A stretch of 64,000 nucleotides of DNA from Eledone cirrhosa (GCA_964016885.1 OZ024747.1:84196001-84260000); one strand, 5' to 3'; shown: positions 25,343 to 39,672, counted from the stretch's first letter. Notes: generated by a model not told the origin, from the sequence alone. Numbers and translations are program-made.

Positions 25343-25827
25343 TAATCTGGTGCTTAGAACACAATTTAAAGGTTCTTGCATAAAATTTTGATGGAAGTTT
25401 TTTTTTTTTTTAGATAGATATAAACAGTTTTAAATAATTAGCTTTGTATTGTAGAACGTGGTGTGGTTTCAGTTGGTTTGTTATCAATAGGGCTAAAACA
25501 GGGGAAAAGTCCCCAGTGCTAGAGAAAGTTGATAAAAAAAAACTGTATAAATGTACCGAGAGCCAGATTCAATGGAACCAAACTAAATCATGTTCGTGCT
25601 TTACAATTGTATCGGGGTGGGCAGACAGCCAAGATAGGTTTTAATGAAAAGCAACAGAAATTAATAAATTGGTTCCTATGTTTGTTTGATTTGCAGAAAA
25701 GCGCGCACTTATACATATATATACATGTGTGTGCGTGTATGTGTGTGAGGCGTCGTTGGCCATTCATTAGATTCATAAGAACATAAATATATGTACTTTT
25801 CCGATTTACGTATATATATATATATAT

Positions 25828-26050
25828 ATAATGAAAAATTTGAACAGGGACAGAACAGAGAGGCAGTACAATAAATGTTTATTAAATTCACGCTCAGGAG
25901 AGTGGGGGTAGGTGGGGGACGACGTTTCGGGCATAAGCCCTTCCTCAGGTGAGAAGTGTGTGGGAACAGAGTTCAAAAGGTGTGTAGGGGAGTGGTGGAG
26001 AGACATATAGCGAAAGGAAACGGTGCGAATGAAAAATTAACAAATAAAGA

Positions 26051-26052
<2 letters not shown>
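25828..26052 (-). mobile_element. Penelope-like terminal-repeat fragment with minimal hammerhead (~25918-25951)
   Basis: Minus strand CTGAGGA A GGGC ttat GCCC GAAA CG TC, then aataaa; (TA)n on both sides; the tail recurs at 46516-46578. Confidence 0.75.
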
Positions 26053-26114
<62 letters not shown>

Positions 26115-26594
26115 AACATATGTTTATATATAAACAGTCATACCAACAGTAATTACCATTTTATTTTTACACATTCAATTTCAGAGGAAATCTATCCGTC
26201 CGTCCCCAAACTCCTCTCAAGATTAAATCTTAACGAAACACAACATACTTTACTGCCAAGAATAATGATTTTCTAATTAAAAACGAGGTTACCCGGGCTG
26301 GAATTGAAACCGGTCTGAAGCATTCCATTCTCCGATAAATTACCACCCACTATTCAAAACATTGGCTTGACAAATTTTCTTTCAAAAATATTACCTTCAT
26401 AATTCGGACTACCCTACCTTCATAATTTGGTCCATAACTTCATAATTCCAACAGAAACAAACGAAATGAGAGTTATCGAAGTTATTTGTAGACTACCCAG
26501 GGCCGATGTTACCATTAAGGCGGACTAGCATCAAGTGACTCAGAATAAAAGACTCCCTCCAGAATGAGACACCAAACCATCGTAACTTCCTTAT

Positions 26595-26776
26595 GTGGAT
26601 TGGCAGAATCGGCAGAGGGTCGGACACCATGCTTTGTAGTATAGAGTTACGTCCCTTTATGATCTGAGTTCAAATCCAACCAAGGTTAACTTTGCCTTTC
26701 ATCTTTACGGGGTCAATAAAATAAAGTACCAGTAATGCACTGGGATAATTGCTGGCCAAAAGTAGAAACAATTATT
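26595..26776 (+). mobile_element. SINE A
   Basis: Head, centre and tail. Confidence 0.9.
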
Positions 26777-27629
26777 TATAAAATTGAAGCCTTAATATTT
26801 CAGTTGAGAGTGTTTGTTTTGTTTCATGTCACAGTTGATAAACATCAGCATCGTTCCTTACATGTTTCCAACCGGCCAATTGTTGGTTCCCTACATTCCT
26901 GGTGGCGATAGTGACAAGGAAGTGTCTGTAACTCGGTGCAGAACAAATTCATCAAAAGACTTCGTACGTAAAGCACCATGTTTTTCTATTTATATCGGCA
27001 AGAATACGGAAACACCTAGGATCTTATTATTCTGAAGTGAACTGTTTAACTATTCGGGTATGTTGCGTACACAATATTTTATATTTCAGTCCGATGAGAC
27101 CTACAGTTATACGTTCCCCAGTGGTAGCCTAGTGAAATCAGTGTTAGAGTTAGGCTTCCTCGTACCGAAGTACCTGCTGCTTACTCAGTGTTACTGTTGA
27201 ACTAATTGTGATTTACTTTGTTGATTAAACATGTCTTTCAATCCTATTCTGGATGACAAAGACCATCACTATAACCTAACATTCTTGATGATTATCCTCC
27301 TCCTTTAAATGACATGCTGTTAATTTTGTTACACCATAGTGGATATTTAAAGCTGGCTGTGTTACGCGGAATATGAGTGCGTGAGTTTGTATAAAGATTA
27401 CTGAGCTAAACAAAACAGATGTGGCTGTGCTTATGTTAGATGGAAGTAGAGAACTCATGTATAAGATTATTCTTGAAACATACACCAGGTCTGAACACAA
27501 AGGAGCCAAACTCCCACTGTCATTGCTTCTCCTACTCTCCCCATCTCTCACTATTATGAACAGATGGGGGCTCACGCGCTGGCTTCACCGCGGCTCCGGT
27601 GGAGGTTGCCATGAATACCGAATTGAGAA

Positions 27630-28105
27630 GTTTGTCTTTTACACCTACCGACTCCCACATTGAATGGTTTCGATTTAGCACCATTTATCCGAACACAAAT
27701 ACTCGGGCATTCGTATAGATACATCAGGGCAGCAAGAAGCTGACTATTGATCCCATACTCCTGTAAAAGCTTCCACGGCAGGTCCAGGGGAACGCGGCCA
27801 TTTGCCTTTTCGATATCTACAAAACAAGAATATACCCCCACGATTTCTCGAACACCTGTCGCAGTGTGAATATTTGGTCGGGCGTATTGTCCTGGGCGAA
27901 AACAGCTCTGTTCATCGACGGTCTCCATGCTTCTCTTTGCCAGACACTTAGCATAGATTTTAACTGGGAGGCTTAACAAGGAGATCCCTCTGTAAATGGA
28001 ACAATCTCTCTTGTCTCCCTTTTTGAAAACAGAGATTATCATTCCCAATTGCCATTGCTTAGGTGCCTTTCCAGAGACCCATGCCACCCGGCACACACGA
28101 GTCAG
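27630..28105 (-). pseudogene. RTE-clade LINE RT fragment
   Basis: PKQWQLGMIISVFKKGDKRDCSIYRGISLLSLP, CFVDIEKA and SKPFNVGVG, with frameshifts. Confidence 0.9.
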
Positions 28106-28121
28106 CCAGAGAATACCTTAT

Positions 28122-28186
<65 letters not shown>

Positions 28187-28194
<8 letters not shown>

Positions 28195-28297
28195 TAACAG
28201 ATTAAAGTTTAAGCAAAGAATCGCTGCTTTCACCCTTAACGGGATCTTCTGAAACAGAAGCGATTCTTTGCTTAAACTTTAATCTGTTATTTTAATA
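28187..28297. repeat. Inverted repeat (~39 bp arms) with hammerhead relic in the loop
   Basis: tattagaataacagattaaagtttaagcaaagaatcgct and its reverse complement; the loop on minus reads CAGAAGA t CCC gttaa GGG t GAAA. Confidence 0.7.
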
Positions 28298-28389
28298 AAT
28301 ATTTGCTCTAGGGTTCTTATATATTTGATATATATTTATCCATATCGAGTCCTGTTTGGATTTTAGTTTACACATTTATTATTATTGTT

Positions 28390-28588
28390 GTGGATTGGCA
28401 GTATCGGTAGAGGGTCGGACTCCTTGCTTTGCAGCACAGTTACGTCCCTTTACGGATTGAGTTCAAATCCCGCTGAGGTTAACTTTGCCTTTCATCCTTA
28501 CGGGGTCGATAAAATAAAGTACCAGTAATACACTGGGATAATTGCTGGCCTTGTGCCAAAAGTAGAAACAATTATTATTATTATTATT
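28390..28588 (+). mobile_element. SINE A
   Basis: Full copy with (ATT)n tail. Confidence 0.92.
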
Positions 28589-28743
28589 ACTATATATATA
28601 TATATATATATATATGTAGGAGGTGAGTTTTATTGTAGTACAATAAAGCAATGCAGATATCGGATAAGAAGCACTCTACAGTTTGTAGGACTGGAGTATA
28701 CATAATATATAAGATCAAAAGATGGTTAAAGGAGTTCCATGTA

Positions 28744-28810
28744 TTTTATTATGCGCATTTCAAAAACAAACATCATCATGCAATAATATTTGTGTTTTCA
28801 TCAGATAAAA
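28744..28810 (-). ncRNA. Type I hammerhead ribozyme motif
   Basis: Reverse complement of 28883-28949. Confidence 0.8.
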
Positions 28811-28882
28811 CAGGAGAACATGATATGAAGGCTAAAAAAACACTTGTGGATAGTGCAGTTTTAAATCAACATAAAACTCCTG

Positions 28883-28949
28883 TTTTATCTGATGAAAACA
28901 CAAATATTATTGCATGATGATGTTTGTTTTTGAAATGCGCATAATAAAA
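28883..28949 (+). ncRNA. Type I hammerhead ribozyme motif
   Basis: TTTTAT CTGATGA [long stem II] GAAA TGCGCA TA ATAAAA: 6 bp stem I, palindromic stem III, AUA site. Confidence 0.8.
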
Positions 28950-28981
28950 TACATGGAACTCCTTTAACCATCTTTTGATCT

Positions 28982-29044
<63 letters not shown>

Positions 29045-29516
29045 CGGCCATTTCAAAGCATGGCAATAAAGCTTGAATAAGTAAAAAGAGGAGAAATGGG
29101 ATGTATTTTAGGATGCAATCACGGGGGATTCGGAGGGAGGTTGTTTGTTTTGAGATGTGTTTTTCTTGTTTATATATTTATTGGTTGTTATTGTTGTTTG
29201 TTATTGTAGCTTAAGACGACATACACACGTTCACATACGTATTGAGATAAGTACAGACACGTTATACGCGCGCACACACCCCATTACACATATACACACA
29301 CACACCTATTACGCATACACAAACACACGCATACATCCCTCACTGCATCTGATTATTATCAAACTATATCATCGACTCACGTTCTTCTCACCAGCAGCAG
29401 CCCCCCCCCCCCCCACTACTACCATAATGTTCCTTCATCCTGCGTTCCAACCATGCACTCGAGATAATTCGCTCAGTAAGTCACTCTAACTTTGTGCTAT
29501 ATATATATATATACAT

Positions 29517-29575
<59 letters not shown>

Positions 29576-29577
29576 CA

Positions 29578-29636
<59 letters not shown>

Positions 29637-29993
29637 ACATGTGTTTTCATAAATAAAAGATATATACACATACACAGACACACATGTATATATACATACA
29701 CATATATATAGAGACAGACAAATGTATACATGTATATGCATATATATATTTACATATATATAATTGTATATATATATATATATATATATTATAAGCAAAA
29801 ATATATATATATATATACACACACATATATTTACGTTTATATACTGATATATGCATATAAATTTCTACATAAATATATATATATACATAAACATATATAT
29901 ATATATATATTTAAATATATTTATATATATATATATATATATATGTATACATGTATATATATATATACACACATATATGTATGTATACATATA

Positions 29994-30038
29994 TTCCTGA
30001 TGATTTCATACCAATGAAACAGTTCTAGTCCTGTAGAA
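29994..30038 (+). ncRNA. Hammerhead-like motif in a (TA)-embedded island
   Basis: TTC CTGATGA tttcataccaat GAAA CAG..CTG TA GAA then aataaa; stem II weak. Confidence 0.6.
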
Positions 30039-30236
30039 GTGATTTCTTTATATAATAAAGATGCCTATACAACGTATTCAGTACCGATTTTAGATGTGGT
30101 CACCTCCAGATGCAACACGGGCATCTACACACACGCACACATATATATGCATTTATATTAACATATATATGCATATATATATATAAACATATATATATGC
30201 AAATATATAAACACACATATATATATATAAACATAT

Positions 30237-30275
<39 letters not shown>

Positions 30276-30279
<4 letters not shown>

Positions 30280-32311
30280 ACGAAGGGTATAAGTAAGAAA
30301 TATTGTTAGATGATGTAACACGGTTATTAGATGAAATAACAAGAATGACTGATTTTAGTTTATATATAATGGTTTTCTTCACTTCAATCAAAAAGTACAA
30401 TAATACAGTTACCAAGAGTTGAGAAGATTGACAATGTTATTTTGTTGTTGATGTGATAACAGCGAGCGAGCAGATAAAATTTGTTGGTGGTTAAAGTTTG
30501 TTGCAGTCGTCATAATAGTTCTCGTCGTGAGTCTGAGACCATAGTGAGTGAGAGAGAATAATGGTCTGTAATTGATTGTAGACCACTGTGGCTTGTACAT
30601 AGCGGTGAATCTTTCATATAGCGGGTCTGTAGTAGTAGGGCTCCGATCACTCTTGTATTTCTGTAGACGCCCTGGTGCCTGAAGCTAGTGGTGAATCTTT
30701 ACATAGCTTGTTGTGTATCGTAGTGCTGCGATGTCTCTGTCTAAAGTGGGATGATACAGGCTTTATATACCTGTCGCTTCCTGTCTCTCACCTTGATAGC
30801 CCACGCATGAACCTGTTCACACCAAAACGGTGGTGACCTAGAATTTGATCTTTAGGTGTCACCCAAGGTTCAAGGCGTGTACAGATCTCGCTACATTAGT
30901 TTCCTACCCAGATCGATGCAGGAGCAGTGATCGATTATAAAAGGGGTAGCGAAATCTGATTCCTAGAAGCGTGTCCCAAAACACAAAAGGTGGGTACTGC
31001 GCCCGCATTTTGAGTGTAGAGAAATTTGGAGAGAGAAAAAAAAAATAGTATAACTGTGTATGCATGTGTGTGTGTAACATTTAGAAGAAACTGTAAATAT
31101 ACAAAGTTGTGATCATGTATTTTGAACTGTTGTGTATGGATGGATGGACGTTGAGGGTACGGTATCGGATTACGATATGATAACACAGAGGACTATTTCT
31201 CTCGATGTATCATCATACGTAAGATTCTCTTCCAGTGAGTCGAGGTTTACGCTATGACATGAGTGTGTGCAATTTTGAGTTGTGTGCTCAGTGAGTCGAG
31301 CGAGTAGTAACCGTGGGTTCATTATCATGTGTTTAATAGCTGTTACCGAACTTCGACCAGTTGAATCTCGATGTATTATCATACGTAAGATTCTCTTCCA
31401 TTGAGTCGGGGTTTATGCTATGACATGACTGTGTGCAATTTTGAGTTACGTGCTCAGTAAGTCGAGCGAGTAGTAACCGTGGGTTCATTATCATGTGTTT
31501 AATAGCTGTTGCCGAACCTCGACCTGTTGAAAAGTGATCTCGCAGAAACCCAACCGAATCCAGAATATACCATAGACAAAATCATGTTGGTGTGTGACAA
31601 AGAAAATGATGTGTGTTTGATGCAAAACGTGTTATTCATACAGGCATATAATACAGTAAAACGAATAAAAAAATATTTAAAAAATGACATACATATATAA
31701 CCTGTAAAAAAAATGTGTTTAATATTTATATAATTGTTCTTTACAAAAAGTTCAGTTTTCTCTTCTTTATGTAATCGGATTCTTGCTAGGAAGCTAGTAG
31801 TATTGTCTGTTGTTGGAGATTACGAAGCAAGTGGTGAAGTGTTTGGTAATTAATCGAAACATAAAAGCGAAGTCACTGTAAATATTCTGTAGAATGGAAG
31901 TTTGGTGAATAATTTGAAAAAGTGAAGTTTTATCATATCGTAGAATATAGATGAGAAGCTTGGTAAGAGAAAGTTGTTCATATTGGCAAAAGAAGCCATG
32001 ATCAGATCAACGGGCTGCGTGGTTTTTTTTTTTTTTAAATACCACTTCGTATTATATTTAATTTTTTAACGTCAGGTCACCAATTTAACGAAGGGTATAA
32101 GTAAGATTCTCTTCCAGCTTCTTGTATGTCGTGGTGCTCCGATGTCTCTGTCTAAAGTGGGATGATACAGGCTTTATATACCTGTCGCTTCCTGTCTCCC
32201 ACCCTGAGGGCATAGCCCCCGCATGAACCTGTTCACACCAAAAGAGTGGTGACCTAGAATTTGACCTTTATGTGTCATCCAAGGTTCAAGGCGTGGACAG
32301 ATCTCGCTACA
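30276..32311 (-). mobile_element. Non-autonomous LTR retroelement
   Basis: Direct repeats 30276-30895 and 32084-32311 (deleted), starting TGTAGCGAG on minus. PBS-like TGGTGACCTGACGT at 32082-32069 resembles the tRNA-Trp 3' complement. Purine tract before the 3' LTR, TATA box in the LTR, no ORF, inserted in (TA)n. Confidence 0.85.
31200..31529. repeat. 166 bp tandem duplication inside the LTR element
   Basis: ctcgatgtat...tacgtaagattctcttcca... repeats at 31201 and 31367. Confidence 0.9.
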
Positions 32312-32321
32312 TATATATATA

Positions 32322-32360
<39 letters not shown>

Positions 32361-32757
32361 TCTCGCTGAATTTATATTTGTATTAATCTCCCGAGTCTTA
32401 CAATTAACCTGTTAATAATTCTATTGACAGATAAATTTCATAAGTTTATTTTAAAAACTACCCGGTCGAGAGCTTATTCGATTTGTGCTATTTATGCAAT
32501 TTCTTGCATGGATTTACACATACTGAATTCATTTGCCAGAATCTAGGGTTTTTCCCCTGTGAGTTACACATGTGCTTTTACAAAACACTGTGTCATCCAC
32601 AACACTGGTGCAGAACAAAATACCTGTTGATAACGTGATATTCCTCGTTCGATCATTATACCAAAAGCTTATTGTTTTAAGCAGACAGTTTTATTGATTT
32701 AGGTGTCGCAGAAACCCTGTACTGGATTTTACCATCAATTCCAACGGTCCAAGTTTG

Positions 32758-32826
<69 letters not shown>

Positions 32827-33075
32827 GAATATGTCATTTATTATGTCTGATCTGTTTAGCTTGACTTGTTTTTTGGCTTAGGTGGTTAATGGCTTCTTGA
32901 CCGTCTTCTCAGTGTGTATGGCCTTTATAACCTATGTTTATTGCTCTGTTCTTTTTAGCCCATGGAGCGCTTGCCAGCATGATTCGGATTTTGCGTTACG
33001 TTTCGCTTTTTCTACCCGCCGAAATGCGATTCTCGCTGAATTTATATTTATATACACATATACATATATGTATAC

Positions 33076-33137
<62 letters not shown>

Positions 33138-33141
33138 ATAC

Positions 33142-33172
<31 letters not shown>

Positions 33173-33371
33173 CATATATAACGTAAGGAACCAGATGGAC
33201 CTTAACGCACCAGAGTACTCAATACTTAGGGTAGTAGAGTGGGTAATAGGAAAAGGTATGACCCCGACGGCAGAGCTCTAGCCGTTTCGACGGTTATTTC
33301 TGGACTCAATATGTTGATTTAAAACTGCACTATCCACAAGTGTTTTTTAGCCTTCATATCATGTTCTCCTG

Positions 33372-33438
33372 TTTTATCTGATGAAAACACAAATATTATT
33401 GCATGATGATGTTTGTTTTTGAAATGCGCATAATAAAA
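33372..33438 (+). ncRNA. Type I hammerhead ribozyme motif (third copy of the 28.8 kb family)
   Basis: Matches 28883-28949. Confidence 0.8.
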
Positions 33439-33739
33439 TACATGGAACTCCTTTAACCATCTTTTGATCTTATATTATCTAAACATATATATATATAAAC
33501 ATATATATATATATATAAACATATATATATAAACATATATATATATATAAACATATATATATATACATAAAAACATATATATAAACATATATATATATAT
33601 ATACATATAAATATATATATATATACACACACACATTCATATATATCTATATATAAAGATAGATACATTTCTTTATTTATTAATTATTATTAATTAATAA
33701 ATAAATAAATATCTCTATCATTATATATAGATAGATAGA

Positions 33740-34014
33740 TTTCTTTATTTACCATAAAGGTATAAAAAGAAGGGGCAAATACAAAGGGGGAGTTTACATA
33801 AAACCGAGTAAAAAGGGTATAAAATGAAAATAATCAAAAACAACCTCAAAAGGGAGGGGACGTGATGGGGGTTGCACACACCCCCGAAAAAGTGTGCAAT
33901 CCTTTGCCTGGGGAGCACATGGAGAAGGTGCTCCCCTCTCCTTCACTTCTTTACCTACAGGATGGTATACAGAGAAGGCCCATTTACACCAGCCATTCTC
34001 GCCACTATCACCCA
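33740..34014 (-). mobile_element. Tx1/L1-like LINE 3' end, copy D
   Basis: Homologous to the ends of copies A and C; GATA repeats on both sides. Confidence 0.82.
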
Positions 34015-34020
34015 CAATAT

Positions 34021-34086
<66 letters not shown>

Positions 34087-34628
34087 GTTTTATATATTAT
34101 CTGAAGATAGATACTTAGGTAAATAGCCATAATTAACTGGCTAGGTGACATCTGACCATCTTGTCAACAATAGTGTGATAGAGGAGGTAGGGAGGCAGAT
34201 AGCAAATGTTCATTTCCTAAATAAACCTAGCTAAAGGCTGTTGTCATATGACTCTTGTATTTTATTATAAACGATGCATTACATCCATTGACACTAACAC
34301 ACAGACACACACGCACACGTGTGCACTCAAAGTTGTGATATTCAAACTTAGTTATTTTGTTGTGAATTTGTTTTTTTTGTTCTTGGCCGACAAACTTGTT
34401 TTTTACTGTTTTTCTCATTTTTCTTTTATTTTGTTCTTTCTTGTGTCTTCTCTATTCGTTTTCTTTGGTTTTAGATGTAAAAATGTTCCCTGTTATACTT
34501 TCATACTTTTCTATAACTCTTCTTCGGCTATTTGTTGTTGTTCTGATGTTTGTTTGCTTGTTCCTTGCTGCTGTTTTCTTTTCTTTGTATTTCTAACATA
34601 TATTGATATATATATATGCTTTTTGTGT

Positions 34629-34724
<96 letters not shown>

Positions 34725-34799
34725 ATGTGTGTGTATGTGTGTGTGTGTGTCATTGGTCATGATGTATGATAACTACAATACATCATGCCATATGGAATT

Positions 34800-35145
34800 G
34801 TAGCCAAGAATGTATACATTCACCGTCTTATATTACTGATACTCGCTTCTTTCTAGCCTGCATTAAAGAATAGAAAAAATGTTCGAATCTTTCAGCAACA
34901 CTGACAGTAACATCGGATTCTGTATAAAACATCCCACCGACTCCGGGTCCCTCGCCCTGCTCGACTCCAGACTGGACATCCCTGAAAGCGGGGAAATCCC
35001 CTCCGATTTCTACTACAAAGCTGCTGTTTGTCCACTACAAATCTGCCCTCCCCAACAGCTCTAAAAGAGGTTACATCTTTAACGAAATGGCTTCGCATAC
35101 CCAACCAATGCAGCGATGTTACGAATAGAACCACTCATGTCAGAC
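34800..35145 (+). pseudogene. Degenerate Penelope-like RT (thumb) fragment
   Basis: NIGFCIKHPTDSGSLALLD, FYYKA and LFVHYKSALPTALK. Confidence 0.7.
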
Positions 35146-35167
35146 GGTTACACAGGATGTTAAAAAT

Positions 35168-35712
35168 CAATTTCCAATTTAGGCATATGCCAGCAATTTT
35201 GGGGGAAAGGGGAATGTTGATTATATAGACTCCAATACTTGACTGGTACTTTATTTTATCGAAGAACGAAAGGCAAAGCTAACCTCGACGGGATTCGAAT
35301 TCAAAACGTGAAGTGCCGTAACTATTTGCCGCAAAGCATGTTCGCCGATGCTCTAACGATTCTGCCAATTTCCTGCCCTTATATTTTTCTATTTTAGGCA
35401 CAAGGCCAGCAATTTTGGAGGAGGAGAAATCGATTAAATCGACCCCAGTGTATTACTGGTGTTTTATTTTATTGACCCCGTAACTATATGCAGAAAAGCA
35501 TATTGCCCGATGCTCTAACGATTCTGTCAAACCCTTATAATAATAAGTTTTTCTAATATTGGCACAAGGTCAGCATTTTGTGGGAAGGGAGTACCGATTA
35601 TATCGAGCCAGTATTTGACTGGAGCTATATTTTATCGATCTCAGTATTTGACGGTATCTTATTTTATCGATCCCGGAAAGGCAAAGTTGACTTCAACAGG
35701 ATTCCAACTCAT
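35168..35712 (-). mobile_element. Three tandem SINE A copies
   Basis: Tail-centre-head repeats. Confidence 0.82.
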
Positions 35713-35796
35713 AACATAACGGTATGATTTGAGGAGATTTTACTACTATTTCTAAAGCGACCTCGTACAGACTCTTAATATTATGATGCCAAAAAA

Positions 35797-36237
35797 TGGT
35801 AGTGGATTGGCAGAATTGGTATAGCATCTGATAATATTTAGTCTGGTTCTTTATATTCTGAGTTCAAACACTGTTGTGGTCAACTTTGCTTTTCATCCTT
35901 CCAGGGTCAATAAAATAAAGTACCAGTTATGTATTGGGGTTGATTTAATCAACTCTGCCCTTTCTCCAAATTTGCTGACCTTGTGCCTAAATTAGAAACC
36001 ATTATTACGTCAAAGGGCGGTCGGTTGGCAGTATCGGTAGAGCATCATACACCATACTTTGCAGCATAGAGTTATGACCCTTTACATTCTGAGTTAAAAT
36101 CCCGCCGGGGTTAACTTTATCTTTCATCCTTACAGGGTCGATATAATAAAGCACCGGTAATACACTGGGGTCGATATAATAGACTCCCCCACCCCACTCC
36201 AAATTGCTGGTCTTGTGCCTAAATCAAACCATTATTA
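35797..36237 (+). mobile_element. Two head-to-tail SINE A copies
   Basis: The second copy is flanked by the direct repeat attattacgtcaaa. Confidence 0.9.
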
Positions 36238-36690
36238 CGTCAAATAAATCAGCAGTTTCGTTATGTAACAATCTACTTACAAACACAGAGTTGGCGACTC
36301 AGTTTCGGTTCCCTGTTGGTACCGCATCGCTTGCATCACTAATAATACTTCTGGGAGAAGTTTTAGAAAACATCGCAAAATTATCTTCCGTGACCCGGAG
36401 TCCTCGTTTCTATTTAAAAATCATTATAATTATATATTAGTATGCAGGTGTGTAAGTGTACGTGTGTCTGTGTGTGCACAGTGGATATAAAGAGAAAAGG
36501 AGAGAATGTGAAAAGATAGTAAGAAGACATTATATACGAATCAGTCGGTTTGAACTAAGCTACATACACAGATAATTATTTCATCGATCCCGGTGGAATA
36601 AATGTAAATAATTTTTGAAATTCTAATCTAATGTATATTTCTTTTCGAATTATATATGTGTAGAAAATAAAGACTTTAGAAGATCACAAC

Positions 36691-36754
<64 letters not shown>

Positions 36755-36786
36755 GAAGGAAGTGTGGTAAGGAACCAGACTCTTTT

Positions 36787-36831
<45 letters not shown>

Positions 36832-36984
36832 GTGTGTGTGTGTGTGTATGTGTGTCTATATGTGTGTGTGTGTATATGTATATATGTGTATGTGTGTGAA
36901 TATATATATATATATGTGCATATATATATATATGTATATGTATATATATATGTATATATGTATATATGTATATATATGTATATA

Positions 36985-37093
<109 letters not shown>

Positions 37094-37132
37094 GTATATA
37101 TATATGTATATATATGTATATGTATATATGTA

Positions 37133-37192
<60 letters not shown>

Positions 37193-37505
37193 GTGTGTCT
37201 GTACCAGTGAGGCGGGGGCCCCTTAAGCATGGAATTTCTGACTCTCGAGTCACTGGTATAACGTCATAGGTATAATCAAATAAATATCGCTCCGCCCATT
37301 TGTTCCGTTTTTATGCACACCCAAACATTTATGCATACGTCTACATACATGGATACACACACACATTATATATATATACTCACACACACATATATATATA
37401 CATATATATATGTATGTATGTGTGTGTATATATATTATGTATATATATATATTATGTATATATATATTATATATATATTATATATATATTATATATATAT
37501 ATGTA

Positions 37506-37557
<52 letters not shown>

Positions 37558-37930
37558 ACCGTATGGCTCTCTCTTTCTCTCTGCACACACATACACGCGC
37601 GGCTCCAGTAGTCTCCGTCGAAGACGGAGTAAGGCGCGCAGGGAACAAAGTATATTTCTTTGTTTTGTTTTGTTTTGTTTTGTTTTGTTTTTGCTTCCCA
37701 CAGAAACTATATAGCAAATAGAAAAAGATAGGAACATTTATAACACTCACACTCGTGTTAAAACAAGCAGCCCTAACAAAATTTTGAAGTGTCATCCATA
37801 TATTTTTCATCCAGTGAATAAAAAACATAACCATGTGTCTACTCTGGGAGTTTACATAACATTATCTATTGAGTACTCTGAGATGCAACCCGTACTAGCA
37901 GTGAAACCCATGCTAGTCCCATCAATTTAT

Positions 37931-38107
<177 letters not shown>

Positions 38108-38128
38108 CCACAACAGTTAGTTCACCAT

Positions 38129-38171
38129 ACCGAAAACAATTGTTTCACCTTATTGGGATCCTCAGCTCGAT
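38129..38171 (-). ncRNA. Minimal type I hammerhead motif
   Basis: ATCGAG CTGAGGA t CC caataa GG t GAAA CAATTG TT TTCGGT; 6 bp stem I with wobbles, palindromic stem III. Confidence 0.65.
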
Positions 38172-38768
38172 CTAAATGAAGTCTTACCATATATATATAC
38201 AAATACATATGATAATACAACCATAGAAAATGTTTAAAGCTCAATGTGATTTTATAGTCGACGGCAAGATAGGTAAAAAACAGTTCAGAGTTTAATCAAA
38301 TGGATAAAATTCCAATCACGGTACCATTCCAATCTCACAGAGCATATAGATATATATCGACCCCAGTGGTATATATATATTTAAATACAACGATTGATAA
38401 GGATTTTGATTAAAGCATTTAATAGATTTATGACCGTTTCGTTGGACTAATAGGAATATTCTATTCCTGTGAAAATAACTTCTCATGCCCGCTCATGCCA
38501 CTTCTCATGCCACATTGGTGCAACTGCAAGTAATTTTAAAACCCAATTTTATTCACATTTACATTCCTTTAAGTCGGAAAAAACTAAATTCTAGCTCTTA
38601 GCTAAATTAATCTGGTGTCTAAAAGTGATACATGATACTCTATTAAGTGAGATATTATTAATTCTGCAAAACCTTGTGGAGGTGGTAAAACTAAATATAA
38701 TCTTTTCCTGACTACTTCTAAAATTATCTTTCTGAACTCTAAAAATGAGATAATCCCTTCTTCACTAT

Positions 38769-38846
<78 letters not shown>

Positions 38847-38847
<1 letters not shown>

Positions 38848-39055
38848 GAGGGGGTGTTGAAAACCTGGCTTTGGCTAAAAGAAAATACAGGAGGATCAGT
38901 TAATTATGATTTTATTCAACATATTCCCCTCTCAAATTCACACACTTATTGCAGCAGTCCAGTTTTTTAAAACCCTGAAAAAAAACCTCGGAAAGTTAGG
39001 CCTCTAACCAAGCCTAGCGATACCCTTAAAGCTAGGAACTATGCAACACCCCTCG
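38847..39055 (-). mobile_element. Mariner-derived MITE
   Basis: TIRs CGAGGGGGTGTTG / CAACACCCCTCG with TA TSD; minus strand retains the transposase C-terminus CNKCVNLRGEYVE*. Confidence 0.88.
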
Positions 39056-39448
39056 TATATATGTGAGTGTGTGTGCACATGCATGTGGGTGTGTGTACAC
39101 ACATATATACATACATTCCTCTCTCACTTTGTCTCTGTCGATCCTTCAAATGAAGTTATAAATGTTTATCTACAGTATCAAGCCTACACTTGTAAATCAT
39201 GCTGTTTGTATGTTTCTTTCGTCTGGAATTCGCTCAACAAATTAACTTATTAAGATACCATATCTTAATTCAATGTATAGACAAGAATTAACTGCAAATA
39301 ATATGGTTGTTATACGAATGCAAAGGAAAACATGTTAAATGCAAGTAATATCAATTGGTGTACATTTGTCAACAAATAAGAAAGAATTCAGTGCCAGGAA
39401 TCATATATTACTTGATTACTTTTAAAATATACACATTATCTTCATTTA

Positions 39449-39520
<72 letters not shown>

Positions 39521-39523
<3 letters not shown>

Positions 39524-39672
39524 CAGCATAGCGTTACGGTCCTTTACGTTCTGCGTGCAAATCCTGCCGAGATGAGTTTTGCCTTTCATCCTTACGGGGT
39601 CGATAAAATAAGCGCCATTAATACACTGGAGTCGACTTAATCGATTTTTCCGCTCCCCAAAATTGCTGGCAT
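39521..39672 (+). mobile_element. SINE A, truncated
   Basis: B box and centre. Confidence 0.82.

Larger units (their letters stand above)
28702..28991. mobile_element. PLE-like inverted repeat (~115 bp arms, 60 bp spacer)
   Basis: 28702-28816 is the reverse complement of 28877-28991; the same family occurs at 33310-33478. Confidence 0.88.

Noticed and set aside
27090-27150. Hammerhead-like CCGATGA...GAAA
   Set aside because: The core is mutated and stems cannot be formed.
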